The position numbers and the translations under genes were made by a program. Shown one piece after another: positions 10,261 to 21,970 of a DNA stretch of 64,000 bases. The DNA comes from Octopus sinensis. Taxonomy: Eukaryota. Within the stretch, counting starts at the first letter, position 1, and each line of letters begins with the position of its first letter. The stretch covers positions 6,634,001-6,698,000 of the forward strand of contig NC_043011.1 in NCBI RefSeq assembly GCF_006345805.1. The letters run 5' to 3'. The notes under the pieces are model-generated. The model was not told the DNA's origin. It did not search any database and saw only the letters and a list, made by a program, of their open reading frames with translations.

Positions 10261-12015
10261 TTAAGCAAGGCAGGCAAATACCCTTCAACAACCACCAGAA
10301 AAATACCCATGTTAGATTAAAACATCATTACATATATTCCACTTCTCCATTGGAGTGGCCATGTAACGACACACTATCTGCTTCTTCTTTTTCGTCTTCC
10401 TAACAAAGAGCCATGCTCAAAACATCATTTCCATTTTCCCAACTAATAATCATCATTGATACATAATACATTCACTATATACAACTAATTGACTTTTGTT
10501 GTTTTTTTTTTTACTGCTTTGATTTGCGGATTATCTTCACATACCTGGATTATGTTACATCTTTGAATTCCCTCAGAGTACATTGATTCTGTACACTAGT
10601 GTAGCTGAAGGGAGCGGCAGCGATAGGGGTGGTCCACCCCAGGAAGGGTACTCTTTTTGGGTCTGCTGTAGGCAATATGTGTTTTTTGTGGGGTCTGGGG
10701 CTGCAAATAGAAGGGCTGCCCTGGGTGGCACACACTCAAGCTGGTGATTCTGTACCTTTGACTAGTCTGACAGACTGGGTGGAAATTGCTCTCAGAAAGA
10801 CAAAAATTCTTCTGGAAATGTAGGGTGCCACGGGATAGTCATAGGGATAGGCTAGGGTAATGTAGGAGAATTATAGGGAAAATATGATTGGAACAGAGGC
10901 AAAAAAGTGGGGCAATGGAGACAATTACAGAGAATAAACATGGCTGGAATTGTTACCAAAAGTAGAGTAAGAGAAATACAGGGAAAAAATGACAGGAATA
11001 ATGGCTGAGATTCACAAGGAAGATAGAATTGGAAGAGAAGCAGGGAAGAAATGAAGTAACCAAGAAGAAATACAAAGAAGATATTGGATTTGTGGTTAAA
11101 ACTGGGGTAACAGAGAGAGAGTTGTAGGGAACGAAGAATATATGACAGGAGTGGCAATGAAAAGTGGGGTAACAAAGGAAAATTATGGGGTTTTATTTGA
11201 TAGAGTGGTGGTTAAAAGAAAAAGAAAACTGAAGAGAAAGGAGGAAAGGTGGTGGTGGGGAAGAAGAGTAATACAAGGATATAGTGAGGTGTGATGGTGA
11301 GGATGAGGAGAGAGAGACAAAGGTGGATTAATAGACAAGTTGAATGATGAGGGATGGTGAGAGGAAACCTGTAGAGTATAGTAACGAAAGGAGGTGGGGG
11401 AGGGATAATGGTAGTGGGAGGAAACATGTTGAAAAGGGGAATAGTCGGAGGGGTGGAGGGTGAGAAGAAGTAAGAGGAAGAATAGGGTTAGGGTAGGAGA
11501 GAACAACAAAGGAGGCAGGTGAGAGAACAGGGTGGAAGAGAGTGACAGGGGTGGTGGGTGGAGTAAATGCAAGTGACTGTATGTGTGTGAGACACGGGGT
11601 AGGTAGGTAACATAGCAGGAAACTTCCAGAAGTCAGAGAGATGTGGAGGGGGTGAAGTGGGGGTGGGGGTGCAGCAGTATTCACTGCAAACCTACCATCA
11701 GCCCCCCCCCACCCCAGACGCACAATCTTTTACAGGGGTTTCTTATTTAAATCTGTCTTTGACAAGTTTTTGACAGCCATCTTAACAACTGTTTTTAGCT
11801 GAACAATAGGCTTATCTCACCCACCACCACCACCTCCACCACCACCAGTACCATTATTGCTGCTGCCATCATTGCTGCCAAAGCCAAAGGCACACAGACA
11901 AGGAAAATACACACAACTGCACATATTCACACATGCATCAGCTTATGCATATACACACACACATGTATATTTATCTATATTTATACACCTATAATGCAAC
12001 TTACATATTTTTTAC

Positions 12016-12019
<4 letters not shown>

Positions 12020-12047
<28 letters not shown>

Positions 12048-12385
12048 GCTCATGTTGACTTGCTGTGTGTGTGTGTGCACACATTTGCATAAAATATTCT
12101 ATATCCACACATTACTAGAATCATATACAACCAGTCAATGCAAATGCAAACACATACACACACACACATATATACATACACGCATGCACATACATACACA
12201 CACACACACACACATATATACATACACACACGCACACACACACACATATATACACACACACATATATACACACACACACACACACATATATACATACACA
12301 CACACATATATATACACACACACACACACATATATATATATAAACACATACATATATATATGTATACCCATGCATACACATACAA
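12020..12385. repeat. (TA)n/(CA)n compound microsatellite
   Basis: Direct reading; source of the HTHT/CVCV ORFs. Confidence 0.9.
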
Positions 12386-12938
12386 CAGTTTAATAAATCA
12401 TGTGAATGTTAAAATTAGATTTGAAACAAATTTCATTTTAATTTTTTGTGTTGGCATAAATTGTGGTGGTGGTGGTGGCGAGGTGGTAATGGCAGAGAAG
12501 CGTATTGGTTGTAGCGGTTGATGTTATGGTATCAGTGGTGGGACAGACATGAAGATAATAGGGTGGCTGTGGGGGCAGAGGTTGTGTTGTAGTACGAGGT
12601 GGTGGTGGTGGTAGACATCTCTGTAGTGTATGGGCAATATTTAGAAATATTTGGAAGAAATCATGGATTTGAAGAATAAATTATGCAGAGTCTGGAATCT
12701 GAGAATAATGGAGCAACTTGGAGTGATGACAAATATTGGTTTCAAACTTTGGCCAAAGGCCAGCTATTTCAGGGCAGAGTGTATAAGTCGATTACATGGA
12801 CCCCAGTATTAAACTGGTACTTATTTCATTCACCCTGAAAGGATGAAAGGCAAAGTTGAACCTTGCAGTATTTGAACGTAGAACATAATGCCAGATGAAA
12901 GGCTAAGCTTGGTATTGATTCTGCTAGCTTGGCACTGG

Positions 12939-13078
12939 TGATGACAAATAGTGGTACCTACTTGGAGTACTATATGTTGTGATGACAAATAGTGGTACCT
13001 ACTTGGGGTACTTCATGATATACTGTGATGACAAATAGTGGTACCTACTTGGGGTACTATATGCTATGATGACAAATC
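12939..13078. repeat. ~41-46-bp minisatellite, about 3.3 copies
   Basis: TGATGACAAATAGTGGTACCTACTTGG repeated three times plus a partial copy. Confidence 0.9.
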
Positions 13079-13204
13079 TCAAAGACCAGCAATCATTTCT
13101 AGATTCTGACTCATTAGATAGATGTGAGATATCACTCCGTAACTCCTCCTGGATAATAAATATCACTGGCATTCCACAGCTCATGATCCAACAGACAAAT
13201 GGCT

Positions 13205-13590
13205 CTTCTCTTACTTGTTTCAGTCATTAGACTGTGGCCATGCTGGAGCACTGTCCTGAAGAATTTTTAGTCAGATGACTCGACACCAAGACCCATTATT
13301 CTGTAAGCTTGGTACTTATTCTATTGCTGAATCACTAAATTATGGGGATGTAAACAAACCAACACCAGTTGTCCAGCAGTGTGTGTGTGTGTGTGTGTGT
13401 GTGTAGGGAGAAGGAACAAACACACACACACACACACACAATGGGCTTCTTTTCAGTTTCTGTTTACCAAATCCCCTCACAAGGTCAGCCTGAGACTATA
13501 GTAGAATACACTTGCCCAAGGCGCCACACCATGGAACTGAACTTGGAACCATTTGGCTGGAAAGCAAACTTCTTACCACACAGCCACACT
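13205..13590 (-). mobile_element. Degenerate CORE-type SINE family A
   Basis: TTACTTGTTTCAGTC...GGCCATGCTGGAGCAC ... CACTTGCCCAAGG ... CTTACCACACAGCCAC. Confidence 0.75.
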
Positions 13591-15550
13591 TATGGCTATA
13601 TGACCAGAGATGATGATGTTTAACAGGAGGTCAACCTCGAGCCAATTTATTATCCAGGATGGGAGCTCAGCCCTAGGTCAGCCTCTAGTCCAGCAGATCT
13701 ATGGCGTAAAGATTTCCCAGTAAGTGGTGATCTGAATGAAATTTGGCTGCTATTTCTAGCAGATCAATATGATGACAGATATGATGGTGGTAATGTGGAT
13801 GACCATCCACTTTGATGTGCATTCCAAATGAGAAACCTTTCCAGTTGCATCCATCAGGCCACTCCAGCACGCCGAGACTGCAGACTCCAATAAACAGACA
13901 ACAATGTTGTTTACATCTGGTGCAGCTTGCATCAGCCCCCCCCCCCATGCGCCCCCCCCCCTGCTGCACTCCGCCCCCTTCGGTATTTCCTGGTTTGGTT
14001 TGCTTTTGTTGCTTTTGTGCTGTAGCCATTGGAGAGAGAGAGAGAGCGAGGGTGAAGAGAGAGATAGATATAAATAGAGAGAGATAGTGATAGCTAGAGA
14101 GGGAAGTTGAGAGAGATAGAGTGAAGAGAGGGAGTGAGAAAGGGAAAGAAAACAAAGAGAGAACAGAGGAAGTTAGAGAGAAAGTGATGGAGAGAGAGAG
14201 AGAAAGAAAAGAGAGAGAGAGGGGGAAGAGAGAGCAAAAGAGAAATAGATATAAATAGAGAAATAGTGATAGCTAGAGAGAGAATTTGAGAGAGATAGAG
14301 TGAAGAGAGGGAGTAAGAAAACAAAGAAAGAACAGAAAGTTAGAAAGAGAGAAAGAGAAAGTGATGGAGAGAGAGAGAGAGAGGGGGAAGAGAGAGCAAA
14401 ATTATAATAGATATAGAGAGATAGTGGTAACTGGAGAATTTAAGAGAGACAGAGCTGAAGAGAGAGAGAGTAAGGGAGGGAGAGAAAGGAGAGAGAGAGA
14501 GAGAGAGAGAGAACTAGAGAGAATGAAAGAATTATGGAGTGCCAGCAGCCATATTTGATGAGTCAGTGATTGGTGAGGAGAGATGGACGAAGATGAGGAT
14601 GCTGACGCCGGTGCCGGCTGGTTTTTGTGGCTGACAGAATGGTTTTAGCAAAAAAAAAAAAAAAAAAACACAATGATTGCAAAACTCCTTAGCAGACATC
14701 TTGTAAATAATTGATAAAAACAATTTTAAGACATTGGGTGGATAATACAGGACTGCTGCCATCATCATCATCATCATCACCGCCGCCATCACCACTGCTC
14801 ATTGTTTCTACTATTACCATCATTAGAAACTACAAATGATAATGGAAAACTAACAGCACCACTTCCATCCAGTCCCACCACCATCTATTTCAAGACAAAC
14901 AGCAGGACCTCCCCTCCCTCCCTTCTGGTTTGCCATTTTCCCAGGGTCATTTCTCAAGACTTGTAGAATTAAAAAACGACGAGAAAAACAAAACAAAACA
15001 AAAAAAAAGTTTAAGGGTGCAGGACTGGCCGTGTGGTTCAGAAGCTTGCTTTGCAATCCCATGATTTCAGGTTCAATACCACTGTGCTGCACCTTGGGCA
15101 AATGTCTTCTACCGTGGCCTTGGGTTGACCAACGTCTTGTGAGCGACTTTGGCTGATGGAAACTGTGTGGAAGCTGATCACATATATGACAAGCTTTCAC
15201 ACACCTACGTATGTAAATGAATGCATCTGTGGGTTTTTGTGTACATGTTTGTCCCCCTTTACCACTTTGCAACAGGTGTTAGTTTGTTTACATCCACATA
15301 ATAGTTTGGCAAAAAAACCCCCCAAAAAACTGAGAATGAGTAGTAGATTTTTAAAAAATCCCAAAAGTATTGGGGTTGATTTGTTGAGCTAAAACCCTTC
15401 AAAGCAATGCCCCAACATGGGCACTGTTCTATGGCAAACAAAACACACACACACCTGAGAGTTCCATATGAAAATGCCTTGAGTGCTATGGGCAAGATGG
15501 CACCCAGTGCAACTTGTTGCATGGTTGGGTTGGTGGTGACTAAACCAGCA

Positions 15551-15785
15551 ATACCTATCTATTTCTTTATTACCCACAAGGGGCGAAACATAGAGGGGAC
15601 AAACAAAGACAGACATAGGTATTAAGTCGATTACATCGACCCCAGTGCGTAACTGGTGCTTAATTTATTGACCCCGAAAGGATGAAAGGCAAAGTCGACC
15701 TCGGCGGAATTTGAACTCACAACGTAACGGCAGATGAAATACCGCAAAGCATTTTGCCCGGCGTGCTAACGCTTCTGCCAGCAAT
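15551..15785 (-). mobile_element. SINE family B
   Basis: Near-consensus body; flanking duplication CCAGCAATACC. Confidence 0.85.
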
Positions 15786-16465
15786 ACCATCAATCTGCTT
15801 GGGTGGCTTTTGGACACCCTGGGTGATAAAAAAGAAAAACCATGAAAGGGGTGGTGAACTCAGAGGTATCAACATCCACCCAATCCGGATTTATATATAA
15901 AAGTATGTGTGAAGAGTTAGAAATGTCTGGTTTGGTACCCAGATATGTATTTAGCCAATTAGATTAGATTGGGGAAAGCAACTAACCCAAGAAATGAAGA
16001 ACTCTAATAAAAAAAAACCCCGAGGTATGTTGTTCATTGAGTTTGCCGCAAAACAACTACACCAATTTTCTGCTATCAGCACTTCCTAAATATGAGCCTG
16101 GTTCCAAACAGGCCATCACTACTGAAAATAAAATCATCTTAGCAGGTAATCTAATAGCTAGGTTGTTGGACTTTCATGCATTGAAACTGATGGGAGAATC
16201 TGATTTATAATATAAATATATATCATTTAATAAATGCAGTATCTAAGGTGGCAAGCTAGCAGAATCGTTAGCATTCTGAGCAAAATACTTAGTTCTGAGT
16301 TCAAAGTCTGCTGAGGTGGACTTTGCCTTTCATCTTTTCAGGGTTGATAAAATAAGCACCATTGGCCCCCATCCCTTGAAGTTGCTGGCCTTGTGTCAAA
16401 ATTTGAAACCAATATACATAGTGTTTAAATATGAGCTTTTAATAGTTTCAGGCTGTGGAGACAGA

Positions 16466-16713
16466 ATAATTTGGCAGATTAATACATCATGCCTTGTGTC
16501 TCCAAGCAAACCTTCTGGCTTGAATGTGCAATGTGGCTGGCTTTATTTTAAGAAATGAGAAAAGATGCCAGTCTATGAGAAAACATGAGAAAAAACGAGA
16601 GAAATATGAATGCTAGCTTTTCCTTGTGTTTGCTCATAGACTAGCCATGTTGTATATTTGAGCCTGAAGAATTGCTTGGAGACACAAGGCATGGCATAAA
16701 TCTGCCGAATTAT
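16466..16713. mobile_element. Inverted-repeat (MITE-like) element with ~75-bp diverged arms
   Basis: ATAATTTGGCAGATT...CATGCCTTGTGTCTCCAAGCAA versus TTGCTTGGAGACACAAGGCATG...AATCTGCCGAATTAT. Confidence 0.75.
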
Positions 16714-17299
16714 CAGGTTTCCACAGCATGAAACTATTAATAGTTCATATTTAAATCCTGTGCCTATTAAATGGTATTAATCTTTCAGAGAATGGAGCAT
16801 CTTTTTTGTTGATTCTAGTCATAACAGACATCATCATTTAACTCATATTCCATGCTGGCATGGGTTGGACAGTTTGATGGGTCCAAAGACTGCATCAGGC
16901 TCCACCAGCATCTGTTTAGCCATGGCTTCATGACTAGATGCCCTTCCTAATGCCGATCGCTTTGCACCATGTACTAGGTGCCTTTTTCATTGGCACCAGC
17001 ATTAGAGAGGTTGCCATGCCACTTGTAGTATAAAAAAAATAGAAAAACGAACCCTTTCTCACCCAATACCTGAACCTATGAGTTTCGGAGCTGATGCGAT
17101 CCTGCAGATTTTCTGTAAACCAAATTCTGTCCACAAGCTATTGGTCTGTTTGAAGTTACAGTAGATGACCCATACTCAAGGTATCATGCCCTGGGATCAA
17201 ACCTAGAATCATTGGGTTGTGGAGCAGACCTCCTTACCACACAGCCAGGATCAGGCTTGGGTCAGTGGTTTTTAAAAGCAAAGTGCAACTTAAACATAT

Positions 17300-17344
<45 letters not shown>

Positions 17345-17387
17345 ATACCGTTGGCAATTTTTTTTCCTCTGTCTTCCCTTCTCCTAT

Positions 17388-17422
17388 GTTTCCGACGAAG
17401 AGCTCTGCTCGAAACGTTAAAC
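17388..17422 (+). ncRNA. Minimal type I hammerhead-like motif, U4C core variant
   Basis: GTTT-CCGACGA-A-GAGC-TCT-GCTC-GAAAC-GTT-AAAC: stem I GTTT/AAAC, stem II GAGC/GCTC, palindromic ACGT at stem III. Confidence 0.6.
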
Positions 17423-17504
17423 CCTCCTTCTTTCCTGAGCGTCCAATAATACTATATTTGTTCCACGTCCTCACGTTTATCTGTGCTTTCTTGTTTGGAT
17501 TAAC

Positions 17505-17535
<31 letters not shown>

Positions 17536-17649
17536 GTGTACATATACATACCTGTATGTATATATATACAAACACATATATATATATATAGTCCAACCCA
17601 TGCTAGCATGGAAAACGGACACTAAACGATGATGATGATGATGATGATG

Positions 17650-17692
<43 letters not shown>

Positions 17693-18129
17693 GACATACA
17701 TACACATACCCACACATTGGACTGATAAATCAATGGAGAGAAAAGAGAGCACAAAATATAAAATATCAAAAAAAAAAAAAAATGATTGAAAAGAAGCAAT
17801 TTTCCATGGTTTACTGATAAAACATTGACATTTTAGAGTTGGTCAACAGCGAGGGTGGCGGCGTCGGTGCCTGTGATGGAAATGGTGCAGATGGTGGTGC
17901 AGCAATGCATGAAGCACTAAATTGCCAATGTTTATCTGTGGATATAGCTTATTAACTCTACACACACATACACACATGTACAGCTGGCTGCGATAGACAT
18001 CTTGCATTTCTCCCCTGCACACTGCTACACTGCAAAAGATCAGAAACTGTGAAATGCAAACAGAATTATACACACAGGAACACACAAACAACATAAGACA
18101 CAAACGATACACTATGATGCACATGCCTG

Positions 18130-18227
18130 AGTATGTGTGTGTGTGTGTGTGTGTATGTATATATACATATATATATATATGTATGTATACATATATGTAT
18201 ATATATATATATGCATGTATACATATA

Positions 18228-18258
<31 letters not shown>

Positions 18259-18441
18259 GCATGTATACATATATATGTATATATATATAATATACACACA
18301 CATATATATATACACACACACACATATATATATATACAACACACACACATATATATAGATACACACACACACACATATATATAGATACCACACACACACA
18401 CATATATATAGATACACACACACACATATATATATATAGAT

Positions 18442-18482
<41 letters not shown>

Positions 18483-18558
18483 CATACACACACATATATA
18501 TATATATACATACACACACACATGTATATATATATATATATATTATACCCACACACAT

Positions 18559-18603
<45 letters not shown>

Positions 18604-18636
18604 CACACACACACACATATATATATATATACACAC

Positions 18637-18665
<29 letters not shown>
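18130..18665. repeat. (TG)n/(TA)n/(CA)n compound microsatellite
   Basis: Direct reading. Confidence 0.9.
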
Positions 18666-18667
<2 letters not shown>

Positions 18668-18674
18668 TGTATAT

Positions 18675-19013
18675 GCTGAAGCCCCCTTCAGTCATGACTG
18701 ACCATGGGATTGCACTTAGGAAGTTACACTCCCAGGCACAAGTCTAGGCAAGGTTGTTTATGGAAGACCAGCAGTCGCCCATTCATACCGGCCTCCCCTC
18801 TCCACGCCACCAGTGTTATCCGAGGGAAAGGCAAAGGGGCCGATACAGCTTGGCACCTGTGACACTGCAACTCATTTCTATAGCTGAGTGAACTGGAGCA
18901 ACGTGAAATAAAGTGTCTTGCTCAAGAACACAACATGCAGCCCGGTCCGGGATTCGAACTCACAACCTCACAATCGTAAGCTTGACGCTCTAACTACTGA
19001 GCCATGCACCTTC
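18675..19013 (-). mobile_element. tRNA-derived SINE family D
   Basis: Minus-strand head GGTGCATGGCTCAGTAGTTAGAGCG...GAGTTCGAATCCC (A and B boxes), then GTGTTCTTGAGCAAGACACTT; second copy at ~27140-27380. Confidence 0.8.
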
Positions 19014-19626
19014 GCATATATTGTATATATATATATATATATATATATGGGTGTGTATGTATGTATGTATGTATGTATGTATACATACAACATACATACA
19101 CAGTATTCTTATCTGTTTCAGTCATTAGATTGTGGCCATGCTGGGGCACTGTCCTGAAGAATTTTTAGTCAAATGAATTAATTCCAGGACTTATTTTTTT
19201 TAAGCCTGCTATTTATTCTGTTGGTCTCTTGTGGAACAATTAAGTTACAGGGACATAAACCAACCAACACCAGTTCTCATGTAGTGGTGGTCGACACAGA
19301 CACATTCACACACAACAGGCTTCTTTCAGTTTCTTCCTATCAATTCCACTCGCAAGGCTTTGGTCAGCCTGAGGCTATAGAAGACACTTGCCCAAAGTGC
19401 CACAAAGTGGGATTGAACCTAGAACCATGTAGTTGGGAAGCAAACTTCTTACCACATAATTATGTCTTCACCTATGTGTATGTGTGTGTGTATATATATT
19501 TGTAACTAATGTACGATAAAATTTTTTCTGAGAAAAAATTTTTATCAATGGCCAGCATATCAAAAAATACCTTTAAAGGTTAAATTTATAAATAATTTAC
19601 AAAATAAGGGCAAAAGAAAAATTCTA

Positions 19627-19815
19627 ATGCCAAATATGCCGAAAAAAAAGACAAAATTGTCAATAACCATTATAATTTATGCGTCTCGAAACAAACCGAT
19701 AGAAATTTCTAAAAAATCCGTTATTACCGTATTGGTCCCAATTTCCCGAAATTCCAGACGCATAAATTAGAATGGTTATTGAAAAATTTTGTCTTTTTTT
19801 CGGCATATTTGGCAT
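19627..19815. repeat. Inverted repeat with ~60-bp arms and ~70-bp spacer
   Basis: ATGCCAAATATGCCGAAAAAAAAGACAAAATT...ATTTATGCGTCT versus AGACGCATAAAT...GTCTTTTTTTCGGCATATTTGGCAT. Confidence 0.9.
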
Positions 19816-20036
19816 GTAAATTATATATATATATATATATACAAAATGAGAAAATGGAGAAATATATCTAAATCAATCATCAACTATCAGATAATACCGG
19901 ATCATATACTTTATTAAAACACTACACAATATATATATACATGCATACATATAAATCCATTCATTGGTTAAATAAAATGAGACAACAAAGCCAAGGTAGT
20001 GTGAAATTTCTAGGCTATTTTATAAAGAGAAGAGTA

Positions 20037-20084
20037 ATCTTACAGCTGTTTCAGGGATATGAGAGATAACCCATCATCAGAGAT
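20037..20084 (-). ncRNA. Minimal type I hammerhead ribozyme motif with canonical core (Penelope-like-element type)
   Basis: Minus strand: ATCT-CTGATGA-T-GGGTTAT-CTCTC-ATATCCC-T-GAAAC-AGCT-GTA-AGAT. Confidence 0.75.
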
Positions 20085-20176
20085 GGTATGAGCAGGTTAA
20101 ATAGGAGGAAGACATAGACTTCAATACAAGAAGTTATATACACACATATTTAATGGCATTATTTTATACATCTTAA

Positions 20177-20368
20177 CCCTTTTGTTACTGTATTTATTTT
20201 GAGATGCTCTGTGTTTCTTTCAATTAATTTTAAATATAACAAAGAATTTAGTGAAATAACTTGGTTATCATTAAGCTAGTGTTAGGAACATAAATTGTGA
20301 CTAAGGTTTGGTGGAAGATTTTAATTCAGAACTTATGAAAACAAGACATTTGTACTACAGAGTCAGGG
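20177..20368. mobile_element. piggyBac-like TTAA MITE P2 (internally shortened)
   Basis: TTAA-CCCTTTTGTTACTG ... CAGGG-TTAA. Confidence 0.8.
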
Positions 20369-20821
20369 TTAACTGAGGTATATTCGCTCACACAACTGTA
20401 TAAACATGAATGGTATATAAACCATTTATATACAGACGTGCACACGTAACACCATTAATGCTTATACAACTATACACACACCGTTTGACAGTTGCAGCTT
20501 TATTAGCCTGTATACAAAAGCAACTTAGAAAAATATTAGATGTGACTGGTGTATATATGTATGTGTGTGTGTGTGTGTGTATGTAGACAAAACAGTCTCG
20601 TTAAATACTAAATCTTCAGGTGTTAAGTAGACTATGGAGGAATGACGCTAATTAAATACACATTTAGAAGAAGTGGCAAGATAGGGTGTGTGTGGTGGTG
20701 GAGGGGAATAACGAACACACACAATCATATGTGTGTATACATATACACATGTACACATAAGCAAACATTTTCACACATGCACACACACACACATATATAT
20801 ATGCACACACAAGCATACATA

Positions 20822-21520
20822 CATGCACACAGATGTATACATTCACACACACACACACACACACACACATGCACACAGATGTATACATTCACACACACAC
20901 ACACACACACATGCACACAGATGTATACATTCACACACACACACACACACACACATGCACACAGATGTATACATTCACACACACACACACACACACATGC
21001 ACACAGATGTATACATTCACACACACATGCACACAGATGTATACATTCACACACACACACACACACACATGCACACAGATGTATACATTCACACACACAC
21101 ACACACACACACATGCACACAGATGTATACATTCACACACACACACACACAGATGTATACATTCACACACACACACACACATGCACACAGATGTATACAT
21201 TCACACACACACACACACATGCACACAGATGTATACATTCACACACACACACACACATGCACACAGATGTATACATTCACACACACACACACACATGCAC
21301 ACAGATGTATACATTCACACACACACACACACATGCACACAGATGTATACATTCACACACACACACACACATGCACACAGATGTATACATTCACACACAC
21401 ACACACACATGCACACAGATGTATACATTCACAACACAACACACACACACACACATGCACACAGATGTATACATCACACACACACACACACACACACATG
21501 CACACAGATGTATACATTCA
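20822..21520. repeat. Minisatellite: constant core (TGCACAC)AGATGTATACATT x18 separated by variable-length (CA)n
   Basis: Core counted 18 times through the ORF track translation (MYTF/DVYI/RCIH). Confidence 0.95.
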
Positions 21521-21521
21521 C

Positions 21522-21563
<42 letters not shown>

Positions 21564-21898
21564 TATATATATATATGCATACATATATACAAACACAGAT
21601 ATATACATATATATATGTACACGTATTTGTTCGTCTCCCTGCGGCCATTAGGCACAACTTCATAAGCCAGCCCTAAACTCAACTCGTCCTGTCGAAAGAC
21701 CCTTGTCCTACGTCCTGGTTTTGTTCTGTTTTTTATTTTTACCGTTATTGTTTTTACGTTTTTGTATTCTTATTGGCGTCACGTATTCTGTATTTTTGTT
21801 TGTGTACTTCGTTCGTTTTCCGTCCTCGTGTTGTATACATTCGAAGCTTTCTTCCATGGGATCTAATGCGCTTGGCTTAGATTTCCCATGGCGGGCTG

Positions 21899-21970
21899 CC
21901 CAAATCGGAGCAATCTCAAGATTAATCAGCCGAAATTGCTAAGATGATCTGGTTCTTGACTGATGACTGA
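21899..21970 (+). ncRNA. Candidate non-circularly permuted (pseudoknotted) hammerhead ribozyme
   Basis: AGCAAT-C (21909-15); TCAAGA (21916-21); TCAG (21926-29); GAAA-TTGCT (21932-40); TCTTGA (21954-59); CTGATGA (21960-66); CTGA (21967-70). All three stems and both core strands are present, but in permuted order. Confidence 0.6.

Noticed and set aside
10850-11720. Long minus-strand Leu/Ser/Pro/Phe ORFs
   Set aside because: A by-product of a purine-rich low-complexity tract.
13685-14155. 156-aa minus-strand ORF and the nearby 14532-14795 ORF
   Set aside because: They are built largely from GA, G and CAT tracts, with no recognisable domain.
17843-18651. Long CVCV/YIYI ORFs (also at 12046-12521 and 59301-60725)
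   Set aside because: Microsatellite translations with no domain content.
20642-21676. 344-aa, 310-aa and 272-aa His/Thr-rich ORFs
   Set aside because: They are translations of the (CA)n minisatellite and are open in several frames on both strands.
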